A stretch of DNA of 64,000 nucleotides from an uncultured Desulfobacter sp. GTDB lineage: Bacteria > Desulfobacterota > Desulfobacteria > Desulfobacterales > Desulfobacteraceae. A program made the translations under genes and the position numbers. Positions 8,509 through 18,208 of this stretch are shown piece after piece. Each line of letters opens with the position of its first letter. Position 1 is the first letter of the stretch. Where the stretch lies: NCBI GenBank assembly GCA_963665095.1, contig OY762069.1:5984001-6048000 (forward strand). Direction: 5' to 3'. The notes under the pieces were generated by a model. The model searched no databases and had not been told where the DNA came from. It saw only the letters and a program-made list of their open reading frames with translations.

Positions 8509-11500
8509 ATGGATATCCTGGAATCAAAACTTACGGCACCCCATCTGGGCAATCTGCTGCCACGGCAGCGGCTGACCCGGAAATTGGCAGCACTTGAAGG
8601 AAAGCGCCTGATTTTGATCACAGCCGGGGCCGGATACGGTAAAACAACAATGGCGGCCCAGGCCCTGGCGGATCCTTCCCCCCGGAACCCGGGCCGGGCA
8701 CTGGTCTGGTACCGCATGGACAGGTTTGACCGGGATATGATCACCTTTATCAGGTATCTGGTCCGGGGACTGGATAAAATATACCCCGGAATTGAGGCGA
8801 TGTTTTTTGAAGACCGGTTTGGCTCTGATGTCACAGGCGGGCCCGAAGACCGGCTCATTGGCCTGTTAAAGGCCCTGGAATCAAGGCCTGACAAAGAGCT
8901 TTTCATTGTCCTGGACGATTATCACCTTCTGGGCCTGCCGGAACACAGTGATCTCCCCGGATTTTTAAGTATTCATTCCTGCTTGGAATTTTTTCTGGAG
9001 CGGCTGCCGGAGCATGTCCGGATTGTCCTCATATCACGCACCGATCCCCCTTTAAAATTATCCAGTCTGCGAGTGAGGCGGCAGATTCTGGAAATTCATG
9101 AATCCGAGCTGGTATTCTTACCGGATGAGACAGCCTCCCTTTTTTCCCTGGTCCATAACCGGGTGCCGGAGGAAAAGACGCTGTCTGCCCTTTATCAGCA
9201 GACCGGCGGGTGGGCCGCAGGCCTGGTTCTGTTTGGCGCAACCCTGGAAAAAGAGGGCGGGGTATTACCATGGCAGGGAGGAACAAATGCCGATATGTCC
9301 AGATATCATATGTTCGATTTCCTGGAGGAGAACCTGTTTGCCATTCAGCCAAAGGCGTTGCAGCAGTTCATGACCAGAACCGCCCTCATGGATCCCATGG
9401 ATACAACGGTCTGTGACCATATTTTCGGCAGGAAAGATTCAAGAGCCTGTTTTAAAAGGATGGTGGCGGCACATCTGATGGTGTTTCCCATGGACGAAGA
9501 TGAAACGGTTTTTCATTACCATCATCTGTTTCGTGACTTTCTTTTAAAAAAACTTCATCAAACCCGGACAGAGTCGGAAATTAAGCAGCTTCACTTAGAC
9601 ATTGCCGTGCTTCTGGAAGCCGGGGAAAACCCTATGGCCCTGGTTCATTACATTGATGCCCATGCCTATGATGCGGCTGTCCGTTTCATGACAGCGTTTG
9701 AGCTGGAGTTCCTGGTCCAGGGGAAGATCCGGTTTGTCCGGGCCTGTCTTGAAAAGATTCCCAAAGAGATCATTGCAGCGAATCCCAGGCTGCTGTTCAT
9801 GGAGGCCAAGCAATACTCCTATTTCGGCCGGCCGGATAAATCCATTGCCTGCCTCACTAAAGCCTGCGGGATTCTCAGGCAGTCCAGCCCGGACGCCTAT
9901 GTATCCAAATGCCTGGTGGACTTAGGTGCCCAGTATTACTACACCGGGCATATCCCGGAGGCCAGAAGACTGATGGTTCAGGTTCTGGACGAGGCCCTGA
10001 CGGATCCCCTCACCTATATTCTGGCCATCACGTACTTGTCTTTTTTCTGTGCCGTACTCGGAGATCTGGACGAGGCACAGATGCATGAACGCCGAACCAG
10101 AGCTATGATCAGCAGCTTCCCGGAACCGGAACAGGCAGCAGCCCTGGCCGCCATGGACATCTCAATTGCTTACATCCTTTATATCCGGGGGGATTTTGAA
10201 AAGGCCATGGCGGTGAATCTTAACCTCATTGCCCGGTGCCAGTCGGAGGGGCTGGAAGCATTTCTGCCCCTGGCCTGTTTTCATGCGTCCATCACGGATT
10301 GCCTGCTTGGGAACCATGAAGCAGGCGTGGCCTATGCTGAAAAAGGGATACGGGCGGCCGGGGAAATTCATTTGCGGGATGCTCAGAACGGCTGGTTATA
10401 TCTTGCACGGGCTGAAAATTATCTGGGCCTGGGACAGTTTGATGCGGCAAAGGGGCATGCCGCCACCTCTTTAAAAATTTTTGAGCGGCCCGGAAATCGC
10501 TGGGGTATGGCAAATGCCCTGGACCTGATGGCCAAAATCAGCCTGGCTGCGGATAATATTGCGGACGCCCGTTCACAGGTCACCCGGGCGCTGAATACTA
10601 TCAAGGGGTATGGCCTTGACATGAGTGAAGCCATGATTTTAGTCACCCATGCCCGGATTCTGATGGCCAAAAACGCCTTTGAAGGGGCCCGGACCTCTTT
10701 GTCCCGGGCCAGAAAGCACCTGAAGTCCACACCCTGGCACCTGTGTTCAGCCTGGCTCCTGGATGCCCGCTGCTGTCACGCCCTGGGTCAGAGTGAAGCC
10801 GCCTTTCGCCATTTTAAAAAAGGAGTTGCCATTGCCAGGAAGAAACAGTTTGACCGGCTTGTACTGGCTGATGCCGGCGAGCTGGTGCCGCTTGGGGCCC
10901 AGGCGTTGTCCGGAACAATTTTTTCAGCCTATCTTGAGACCCTTGGCAGGTCATCTGTCCCAGCCCGTCAGGGCCTGGAAATTCGGGTGCTGGGCCGGTT
11001 CCGGGTGTTGGTCAACGGCCGGGAAATTGCACATGACCAATGGCCCGGCGCAAAACCCCTGACCCTGTTTCAATACCTGGCCCTGCATCAGTCCCGGGGA
11101 TTTATTCCCAAAGATGTCCTGGTGGAGATGCTCTGGCCGGACCAGGATCCGGATAAAACCGGCAAGCGCTTCAACACGGCCATGAGTCAGCTGCGAAGAC
11201 GTCTGGAGCCTGACCTGCCGCCAAGATCAGCCTCGGCATATATTCAACGCAAAAACGATCATTACAAACTTTTTTTAGGTCCCGGGGGACGCCTGGATCT
11301 GGCAGAATTCCGGACATTGGCGGAAAAAGCCCTGAAAATGGAAAAAATAACGCCCGGGGCTGCCCTGGATCTCGGCAGGCAGGCGGAACGCCTTTATACC
11401 GGACCCCTTCTGGAAGACGGGTCCTATCAGGACTGGATTATTCGGCTGCGGGAAGACACCAAAGATCTTTATTGCAGGCTGTGCCGCATGCTGACACGGT

Positions 11501-11742
11501 TATGCCGGGATCTGGATGATCCTGATTCAGGTGTGATATATGCACAGAATTTTCTTAAAGCAGACCCGTTTGATGAATCCATGTACCGCAAACTGATCAC
11601 CTTTTTTCTGGATGGCGGGAAGTATGGCCTTGCCGGTAAAGTGTTTATGACCTGCCGGGAAAAAATGAAAGAGATGGACTGCCCCGTAAGCAGACAGACC
11701 AGGGATCTGATGAAAAATATCCCGGGTTACAGGCAACCTTAG
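8509..11742 (+). CDS. MalT-like STAND ATPase-TPR transcriptional activator with C-terminal SARP (wHTH + BTAD) module
   Basis: SKLTAP..LLPRQRL; AGAGYGKTT; LDDYH; TGGWAAGL; YHHLFRDFL; TPR-like helices; IRVLGRFRV..EMLWP..LYTGPLL..DPFDE. Confidence 0.88.
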   Translation: MDILESKLTAPHLGNLLPRQRLTRKLAALEGKRLILITAGAGYGKTTMAAQALADPSPRNPGRALVWYRMDRFDRDMITFIRYLVRGLDKIYPGIEAMFFEDRFGSDVTGGPEDRLIGLLKALESRPDKELFIVLDDYHLLGLPEHSDLPGFLSIHSCLEFFLERLPEHVRIVLISRTDPPLKLSSLRVRRQILEIHESELVFLPDETASLFSLVHNRVPEEKTLSALYQQTGGWAAGLVLFGATLEKEGGVLPWQGGTNADMSRYHMFDFLEENLFAIQPKALQQFMTRTALMDPMDTTVCDHIFGRKDSRACFKRMVAAHLMVFPMDEDETVFHYHHLFRDFLLKKLHQTRTESEIKQLHLDIAVLLEAGENPMALVHYIDAHAYDAAVRFMTAFELEFLVQGKIRFVRACLEKIPKEIIAANPRLLFMEAKQYSYFGRPDKSIACLTKACGILRQSSPDAYVSKCLVDLGAQYYYTGHIPEARRLMVQVLDEALTDPLTYILAITYLSFFCAVLGDLDEAQMHERRTRAMISSFPEPEQAAALAAMDISIAYILYIRGDFEKAMAVNLNLIARCQSEGLEAFLPLACFHASITDCLLGNHEAGVAYAEKGIRAAGEIHLRDAQNGWLYLARAENYLGLGQFDAAKGHAATSLKIFERPGNRWGMANALDLMAKISLAADNIADARSQVTRALNTIKGYGLDMSEAMILVTHARILMAKNAFEGARTSLSRARKHLKSTPWHLCSAWLLDARCCHALGQSEAAFRHFKKGVAIARKKQFDRLVLADAGELVPLGAQALSGTIFSAYLETLGRSSVPARQGLEIRVLGRFRVLVNGREIAHDQWPGAKPLTLFQYLALHQSRGFIPKDVLVEMLWPDQDPDKTGKRFNTAMSQLRRRLEPDLPPRSASAYIQRKNDHYKLFLGPGGRLDLAEFRTLAEKALKMEKITPGAALDLGRQAERLYTGPLLEDGSYQDWIIRLREDTKDLYCRLCRMLTRLCRDLDDPDSGVIYAQNFLKADPFDESMYRKLITFFLDGGKYGLAGKVFMTCREKMKEMDCPVSRQTRDLMKNIPGYRQP

Positions 11743-11785
11743 CCTGCCGGTTCAACCGGTTGGTTCCTTAATATTTTCTTTTAAA

Positions 11786-11829
11786 ATTAAGTCCGGATTT
11801 AGACAAAATTTAGACCGCCCCTGTATAGA
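11786..11829 (+). promoter_or_regulatory. SARP-type direct-repeat operator and -10 box upstream of the dsrP-like gene
   Basis: attaagtc / atttagac / atttagac at 11786, 11797 and 11808 (11-bp period). TATAGA starts at 11824, 8 nt after the last repeat. Confidence 0.6.
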
Positions 11830-11875
11830 GGTGCAAGTTGAATCCTGGTGTCAATTTTTTTGAAAGGAAGTATCC

Positions 11876-13042
11876 ATGCTTGAACTGGCATTAAAGGGAA
11901 ACCGGAATTATTGGATTTGGATGGGGTGTCTGGGTGTAATCATGGCTGTGGGCGGGCTTTTTTATCTGGATCAGCTCAAACACGGCCTCATGGTCACAGG
12001 CCAGAGCCGGGATGTCTCCTGGGGATTTTATACGGCCCAGATGACCTTCCTGGTGGGGGTGGCGGCCGGCGGTGTCATGCTGGTGCTGCCTTATTATCTG
12101 CATGATTACAAAGCATTTGGAAAAATTACCATCCTGGGGGAATTTCTGGCTGTGGCTTCCCTTGTCATGTGCCTGACATACCTGCTTGTTCATCTGGGAC
12201 AGCCCATGCGGGCCTTAAACATTTTCATGTACCCCACCCCCTGGTCCATGCTTTTCTGGGACGGGAATGTGCTGTCCGGTTATCTTCTGCTCAATATCAT
12301 TATCGGCTGGAAGGTGCTGGAGGCGGAAAGAAACGGGGTGCCCCCTGCAAAATGGATCAAACCGCTGATCTATCTTTCCATTCCCATGGCGGTTTCCATT
12401 CACACCATGACTGCATTTATCTATTGCGGCCTTCCCGGCAGAGGGTTCTGGCTGACAGCCATCCTTGCCCCGCGGTTTCTGGCATCTGCCTTTGCCTCCG
12501 GGCCGGCCCTGCTCATTCTTTTAAGTCTTTTGATCCGCAAAACAAGTGGTTTTAATCCGGGCAAAAAGGCGGTTCAGACCCTGGCCGTCATTGCCACCTA
12601 TGCCCTGGTTGTCAATCTGTTTTTCCTGGTCTGTGAGGTCTTTGTGGTGTTCTATTCAAATATCCCGTCCCACAAGGCCCATTTAACCTATCTGTATGCA
12701 GGTCTTCACGATAAAACAGGCCTGGTGCCCTGGATGTGGTCCTCTGTGGCGCTGATGGTAACAGCCGCCTGTGTTCTTCTGATGCCGGTCTTAAGAAAAA
12801 ACGAAATCACCCTGGCAGTTGCCTGTGCCGCCCTGTTTGCCGGCACCTGGATCGATAAGGGGATGGGGATGATCTCAGGGGGATTTGTCCCCTCGCCGTT
12901 GCATCATATCACGGAGTACAGCCCAAGCCTTCATGAGGTGGTGATCTCTGCCGGGATCACGGCCTTAGGGCTCTTTGTTCTAACGGTACTGTATAAAATA
13001 GTGATCAGCGTCAAGGTGTATAATCAAAGCGGGCGGATATAA
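11876..13042 (+). CDS. NrfD/PsrC-family integral membrane protein, DsrP-like
   Basis: MLELALKG..YWIW..TGQSRDVSWGFY..FLVGVAAGGVMLVLPYYLH..HLGQP..WIDKG. Polytopic; no dsrMKJO adjacent. Confidence 0.85.
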   Translation: MLELALKGNRNYWIWMGCLGVIMAVGGLFYLDQLKHGLMVTGQSRDVSWGFYTAQMTFLVGVAAGGVMLVLPYYLHDYKAFGKITILGEFLAVASLVMCLTYLLVHLGQPMRALNIFMYPTPWSMLFWDGNVLSGYLLLNIIIGWKVLEAERNGVPPAKWIKPLIYLSIPMAVSIHTMTAFIYCGLPGRGFWLTAILAPRFLASAFASGPALLILLSLLIRKTSGFNPGKKAVQTLAVIATYALVVNLFFLVCEVFVVFYSNIPSHKAHLTYLYAGLHDKTGLVPWMWSSVALMVTAACVLLMPVLRKNEITLAVACAALFAGTWIDKGMGMISGGFVPSPLHHITEYSPSLHEVVISAGITALGLFVLTVLYKIVISVKVYNQSGRI

Positions 13043-13062
13043 TCGTGATTATTTATAAAGTC

Positions 13063-13320
13063 TCAAAGCGCTCCAGAGATCCGGTCATCTTCTGATAAGT
13101 TGGTCCAAAATACTTGCCCCATTTCAGAAGCCTCTTCAGATAAATGTTCTACCGATTGAGTAACTTCAAACGGTAGAACCTCATCATTTTCCGGAGCGAA
13201 TTCCATGGAACACATATCATAGACAGGCAACAGGGAAAAATTGCCGTTTTGCATGGAAAAACTTAAATTCCCCAAGTGCATATCACTGTTATGAATAACT
13301 TCTCCGAATTGATGCAGTAT
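13063..13320 (-). pseudogene. C-terminal fragment of a HipA/YjjJ-family kinase toxin
   Basis: FGEVIHNSDMHLGNLSF..LLPVYDM matches the HipA catalytic motif N-x-D-x-H-x-x-N..P-x-YD. An in-frame stop lies just upstream. Confidence 0.7.
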
Positions 13321-13543
13321 CTATCATTGAAAGCATTCAGAGTCCCACAGAAGAACCCGTTGGCCGCATCATCTTTTATTTATTTTCGCGCAAGTACTTA
13401 AGCAAGAAATGAATTTTATATGTGGGAGTGTAACGCAATATGGCTGACTGCACCCGGCAAAAAAGGGTGCCCCGGGCAAAGTTTTACCATGCGGCAGGGG
13501 GGGGGCTTTTTTGATATTCCTTTAAAAACAGGCAGGTAAATTA

Positions 13544-13559
13544 TGGTGCAAATTTTGCT
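13544..13559 (+). promoter_or_regulatory. Sigma-54 promoter
   Basis: TGGTGCAAATTTTGCT (GG-N10-GC), about 100 bp upstream of 13659. Confidence 0.65.
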
Positions 13560-13658
13560 TGTAACTTAAATTAGAACCGGCAGCCATGATGATGCCGATG
13601 TTTTTATTCCGGTGATTTCCCAGGAAGGGGACACATCGGCATATTCCAAGGAGGCTGC

Positions 13659-14753
13659 ATGAAAATTGATGCGTTTTCCCTTAATTTTGCTTCATCCCGT
13701 ACATTTACCCAGACCCAGACAACCCTTGTTAGCAACTCATCCTCTTTCAGCTCTGTTCTTGAGGATGTGCAGGACCCTGACGTAAATACCCAGGGCTACG
13801 ATACAGCCGATGATTCAACACAAGATATCCCTCGGTTGGACATAGATACTTCCTTTTTTTCCAGTCAGGAGCTCACGGAGGTCTCTTTTTTTAACCTGCA
13901 GGCGGTGGAGGAGACCTCCTTGAGTCAGCAGTTTAAGATGCAGCTGAGCAATCTGCGTCAAATGGCCCATGATATTTTCAGTTCATTTTCCCGGCAGATA
14001 ACCAATTCGGACAGTGCCTCTTTGACACGCCTGACCCGGATCTACACCGGACCTCTGGATTTATCGGATTCCCCATTTTTTTCCTCCTGGGAAAATACCC
14101 GGACCACTACGCTTACCTATGAAGAGAGCGAAAGCGTATCCGTCACTGCCATGGGAACGGTCAATACGGCAGATAACCGGCAGATCGACTTTTCCATGGA
14201 TCTTTTAATGGAACGTGAGTTTTTCAATGAATCCCAGACCACTGTGACTGAAACAGGTTATATGTTCATCGACCCCATCGTGGTGCAGACCGGTGCCCAG
14301 ACCCCGATGCTCCAGGGAGCGCAGTTTGCGTTTGATCTTGACTGTGATGGTGAGACTGAGGATCTTGCCGGGTTGTCAGAAGGATATGCGTTTCTTGCCC
14401 TGGACCTCAATCAGGACGGTGTGATCAATGACGGCAGTGAGCTTTTCGGACCGACCACAGGGGATGGTTTCCAGGAACTTGCCGAATATGATGAGGATCA
14501 TAACATGTGGCTTGATGAAAATGATTCCATGTTTGATCAGTTTGTTTTATGGAACCCGTCTGCTGATGAAGGGACCCGTCTGACCCGGCTTAAAGATGCC
14601 GATGTGGGTGCTGTTTATCTGGGTGAGGTATCTTCCTTGTTTGGCCTGACATCAGAGGATCAGCAGATGGCAGGGCAGATCACAGATACCTCCCTGGCCC
14701 TGACCGAGTCGGGGGGCGTAATGCCTGTGTATGAGATGGATTATATAGTGTAG
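13659..14753 (+). CDS. Acidic hypothetical protein with DxDxDG (putative Ca-binding) motifs
   Basis: AAGGAGG RBS; DPIVV..FDLDCDG..FLALDLNQDGVINDGSELFG..LAEYDEDHNMWLDEND; Ser/Thr-rich N-terminus. Confidence 0.75.
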   Translation: MKIDAFSLNFASSRTFTQTQTTLVSNSSSFSSVLEDVQDPDVNTQGYDTADDSTQDIPRLDIDTSFFSSQELTEVSFFNLQAVEETSLSQQFKMQLSNLRQMAHDIFSSFSRQITNSDSASLTRLTRIYTGPLDLSDSPFFSSWENTRTTTLTYEESESVSVTAMGTVNTADNRQIDFSMDLLMEREFFNESQTTVTETGYMFIDPIVVQTGAQTPMLQGAQFAFDLDCDGETEDLAGLSEGYAFLALDLNQDGVINDGSELFGPTTGDGFQELAEYDEDHNMWLDENDSMFDQFVLWNPSADEGTRLTRLKDADVGAVYLGEVSSLFGLTSEDQQMAGQITDTSLALTESGGVMPVYEMDYIV

Positions 14754-14901
14754 CAGGATTTTTGAACATATACCGCTGGCAAGTTTGTTCCAAGGCACAT
14801 GGGGCTGAAAGAACGCGGCTCTATACGGCAACATCAACACTGCCTGCGGAACCGGCATTTGAACTGCCGGTTCGCTACAGCAAGGACAATCAATCCGATT
14901 G

Positions 14902-15018
14902 ATTGAAATCGTTTCAAAAATCATCCTCCGGCACTCCAACCTGTCAACCACCCAAAGATATCTTGGGGAAATCAGCGACACCGAGGCCATGTATTGGATT
15001 GAGAATATTTACCGGTAA
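14902..15018 (+). pseudogene. C-terminal remnant of a tyrosine recombinase/integrase (not in the ORF track)
   Basis: IEIVSKIILRHSNLSTTQRYLGEISDTEAMYWIENIYR* contains the box II L-x-H-x6-T-x-x-Y pattern with the catalytic Tyr. Confidence 0.8.
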
Positions 15019-15025
15019 AAGTTTG

Positions 15026-15056
15026 AAAGGGGATTGGGATTATCCAATCCCCTTTT
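15026..15056. terminator. Bidirectional intrinsic terminator between the integrase remnant and the DUF2293-like gene
   Basis: aaaggggattgg-gattat-ccaatcccctttt; repeated at 21528-21558. Confidence 0.8.
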
Positions 15057-15060
15057 GAGG

Positions 15061-15747
15061 TCAAAAATTATGATCTTCTTCCAATGCCTGTTTTAGGGGA
15101 CAAGCTTCTTTTTGGTCCTGGCCATGACGATATGTTTCCAACACTTCTATTGATTTTTTGGCCAGTTCTCTTCTTGCCTCTCTTCGCTTTCCCTTTATAC
15201 GTGGAATTTTCATTGAATCATATGCTGTGGTCTTATGTCGCATCCATGCAATTACAGCAGCTTGTGCTCTTTTATCAATAGGGATTCGCTGTGTTCTGGC
15301 AACGGTTCCGCTGCCCACAGGGGTTGCATGGGTGGTTATGATTTTTCCAAGGTGTCGTGCCTCTTTTTCATACCTGGGATGGAAATTCAAAAACTTGATG
15401 ATCTGATCATTAAATTCCTGTGTATAGGCGGTTTGCTTATCCCGTCTTCGCACCAGTTCCCGCTTCCGCTCATTAGCATAGGCCGGTGTTGACCTCTTAG
15501 CAGCCACTTCCTGTTTTGCGGACAGGATATTGTCAGCGGGGGCCCATATGCCTTTTGAAATCATCCGTCTGCGGTATTTTACCTGGACCACCCATACGGA
15601 GCCCTTTAACTTTACTCGCCTTGTAACCGCAGCATCCCCTGCTGGCAAAAAAGCCCACCCTTCAGGTGGTGTCAGTTTTTTCCCTGATTCAGAATATAGT
15701 GTTCCTTCTGTAGGCCCAGGAGAAACACTTAAATGCTGATGTACCAT
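15061..15747 (-). CDS. DUF2293-domain-like protein
   Basis: PPEGWAFLPAGDAAVTRR..SKGIWAP..HATPVGSGTVART..AAVIAWMRHKTTAYD. Confidence 0.75.
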   Translation of the reverse strand: MVHQHLSVSPGPTEGTLYSESGKKLTPPEGWAFLPAGDAAVTRRVKLKGSVWVVQVKYRRRMISKGIWAPADNILSAKQEVAAKRSTPAYANERKRELVRRRDKQTAYTQEFNDQIIKFLNFHPRYEKEARHLGKIITTHATPVGSGTVARTQRIPIDKRAQAAVIAWMRHKTTAYDSMKIPRIKGKRREARRELAKKSIEVLETYRHGQDQKEACPLKQALEEDHNF

Positions 15748-15764
15748 TCACTATACCTTAATAA

Positions 15765-16074
15765 TCATTTAAGTTTATGAGAATACCGTTTTGAATTGGG
15801 ATAATCGACTCTCTCCTTCAATTCTTTTCCCGGCTTGAAAAAAAGGGAGCCTTTTGGTGGGAACCATAACCTTTTTCCCAGTCTTGGGATTTCTGCCAGT
15901 GTAACTGGCGTATTCTTTGATGGAAAAAGAACACAGGCTACGAATCTCAATCCGGTCACCTTTAACCATGATCTCAGTGGGGCTATCGAAAAAGAGCTTC
16001 ACCATGTCGGTGGATTCCTGTTTGGTCAGCCCAGTTCTATCTTTGATTGCCTGAATTAGTTCAAGTTTGTTCAT
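15765..16074 (-). pseudogene. HU/IHF-family DNA-binding protein, frameshifted (copy 1)
   Basis: MNKLELI..RIEIR..GRNPKTG. The conserved tail FKPGKELKERVD is in another frame after an A7 run at 15838-15844. Confidence 0.8.
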
Positions 16075-16142
16075 ACCCATTGCTCCCGTCATTATTATTA
16101 GCGGGCAACATGTTTAGCTGGTTCTTTGAATTTTATCAAGTG

Positions 16143-16570
16143 GCAAAACTTTCCAAGTGTGCATGGAGTGTTATTACAGCTTACCTTAAATCTACGGTCC
16201 CGGATGGAGAAGCTGTTCCCGGTGCCAGTATTGCAGTGCAGACCTATGGCGACTTTCTAAATTTCAACCCCCATCTTCACGCCATAGTTTCAGATGGTTG
16301 CTTCTTAAAAGACGACAGCTTTCAGACTGCTCCGATATTTATGCTTGAAGACCTGGAAGAAGCATTTCAGTATGAGGTGCTGAAAATGCTCAAGAAAGAG
16401 GGGAAAATCAATGATGCCATCATTGAAAACATGCTTTCCTGGCATCATTCCGGGTTTAATGTTTATATCGGAGACAGAATTGAGCCTGATGATAAAGCAG
16501 GACTTGGCAATTTAGCAAAATATATCATTCGTGCCTGTTTTTCTCAGGAAAGACTGGTCTATATTCCGGG
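16143..16570 (+). mobile_element. IS91-family (Y2/HUH) transposase internal fragment
   Basis: QTYGDFLNFNPHLHAIVSDGCF (HUH); WHHSGFNV; LAKYIIRACFSQERL. Both ends are missing. Confidence 0.8.
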
Positions 16571-17140
16571 CCCAGGCAGTTTCGTTGAGCTGCAGGCAGA
16601 TATCGTACGCCTGCCCGGTTCAAGGGCTTCAGGAAATTCGTGGCTGTCCCGGTGGGTGAGGTTGGTCACCCCGTAACTGATCCGGGCCACGCTCCCGTCT
16701 GGCCGTACATCGTTGAGCCGGGCCGCCAGGATACCCGTGGACTTATTAGACCGAAAGCGCAGGCGCAGCACCGGGGCACCGATTATCCGTGTGTCCACCG
16801 CTAGGCGGGGTATCAAAACAAAGGGCCGCCATGTCATCGGGCCGCTGGTCCGTTGGCAGGTCCGGTCCGGTGCCAAAGGAGAACCATCGGCCGCTCCGGT
16901 GGCCCAGGGTCTGGGGGGTGGACAGGGGCTGCACCCCTTTTTCGGGTGTCTGTCCCAGGCGGTCGGCGGTGGGGTGGAATGGTACCATGGTCACATCTTT
17001 TGGCGGCCATGCATCCCGGGCCACCCACTGCCCCGGCACCGTGTCATGGCCGGCGGCAGGCTTATGACTGTCCTGAAGATAGAGAATCACTTTTTCACCC
17101 CCCCCCTGGTGTTGCCATATTTAAGGAAATCGGCGAGGCC
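16571..17140 (-). pseudogene. CocE/NonD (peptidase S15) C-terminal fragment, multiply frameshifted
   Basis: GC-rich. LYLQDS..PGQWVA; DLPTDQRPDD..LCFDT; LAARLNDVRPDGSVARISYGVTNLTHRDSHEFPEALEPG, spread over several frames. Confidence 0.7.
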
Positions 17141-17228
17141 CTAAGTGATATCCGATATACAGATGGTGTTGCCATTGCGCATGGAGTGAAGGGGACACGC
17201 AACGGCCCTATGCAGGCGGCTGCAAAAT

Positions 17229-17242
17229 TGCAAGATATTGCA
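17229..17242. promoter_or_regulatory. Putative bEBP binding site
   Basis: tgcaagatattgca; its exact reverse complement occurs at 19533-19546, upstream of the bEBP gene. Confidence 0.6.
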
Positions 17243-17385
17243 GCAATTGCTTGCATGAAGCACCATGTCAGTCACCAATTTCATCGTCTTTGGCACGCCT
17301 TTCCGATAGTGTATTCCACCGTTCTTAGGGCGTTTCAGCATTTCCCGGCGGTTTTGTGCCATCTGCTTTTTTGCCGCATCCAGGC

Positions 17386-17401
17386 TGGCATGCGGATTGC
17401 T
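17386..17401 (+). promoter_or_regulatory. Sigma-54 promoter for the hydrolase operon
   Basis: TGGCATGCGGATTGCT (GG-N10-GC). Confidence 0.75.
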
Positions 17402-17485
17402 ATTATTGACATCATTGCTGTTTATTGATTGCTATTTTAGGACGTATGTATCGCGGTTCTTATGACATTGACAAGGAGGAAAGTG

Positions 17486-18190
17486 ATGACCCAGTTAAAT
17501 GAATTTGCAAATCAGTACTATAAAGGACTGGCAGAAGGTGTATATGGCGACCCGATGCCGCTGGACAGTTCAGATACGGCATTGATCCTGATTGATATTC
17601 AGGAAAGCATCACCCAGGAGTATTACACCCGGCAGTTTACCGAATTTGGGATGGATGTGGCGGCATTGAAACCAATCCTGGATGAAATCGGGCAGAATCT
17701 CAACAAGACACTTTCAAACATTGAAAAGGTGCTCAAGGCTTGCCGGGACAAAGGTATCCGGCCGATTCACATTAAAATCGAATCCTATCTGCCGGACGCA
17801 AAAGATACGGGCCTGCTCCATGCTTCCGCCGGGATGCTTTATCCGCCAGGCTCCCATGGAACCGACTTCATCGCCTCAGCCGCGCCCCTGGACGGGGAAC
17901 TCGTGCTGAAAAAAACATGTTCCGGAATCCATGTGGGGACCCCCCTGGACCGGATTTTAAGAAATCTCGGCATCAAACGGGTACTGGTTGTCGGGTTTTA
18001 CACGGACCAGTGTGTCAGCACCTCGGTTCGCGACCTGAGGGATCTGGGCTATGAAGTCGCCATTGTCGAGGACGCCATAAATGCCTTTAGCCCGGAACGC
18101 CACGAAAAGGCACTTTTGGGAATCAAAAAAATTTACGCCAACTCTGAAACAACCGATGAACTGCTGGCCAGAATGGCAACACTGAAATAG
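17486..18190 (+). CDS. Isochorismatase-family cysteine hydrolase
   Basis: ALILIDIQ (Asp); LKK (Lys); GFYTDQCVSTSVRD (Cys); AAGGAGG RBS. Confidence 0.9.
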   Translation: MTQLNEFANQYYKGLAEGVYGDPMPLDSSDTALILIDIQESITQEYYTRQFTEFGMDVAALKPILDEIGQNLNKTLSNIEKVLKACRDKGIRPIHIKIESYLPDAKDTGLLHASAGMLYPPGSHGTDFIASAAPLDGELVLKKTCSGIHVGTPLDRILRNLGIKRVLVVGFYTDQCVSTSVRDLRDLGYEVAIVEDAINAFSPERHEKALLGIKKIYANSETTDELLARMATLK

Positions 18191-18208
18191 CGATAAAAAG
18201 GACGAACC

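Larger units (their letters stand above)
14969..16150 (+). repeat. Direct repeat copy 1 (1182 bp)
   Basis: Runs from aaatcagcgacacc to gtggcaaaact; near-identical to 21471-22491. Confidence 0.97.

Noticed and set aside
16047..16676. 209-aa ORF as an intact gene
   Set aside because: Chimeric: an N-terminus from the repeat, an IS91 middle and a tail antisense to the CocE fragment.
17290..17306. TTGGCACG as a second sigma-54 promoter
   Set aside because: No GC at the -12 position.
16713..17428. Several overlapping ORFs in the GC-rich patch
   Set aside because: Shadow frames of the frameshifted CocE/NonD remnant and the adjacent promoter region.
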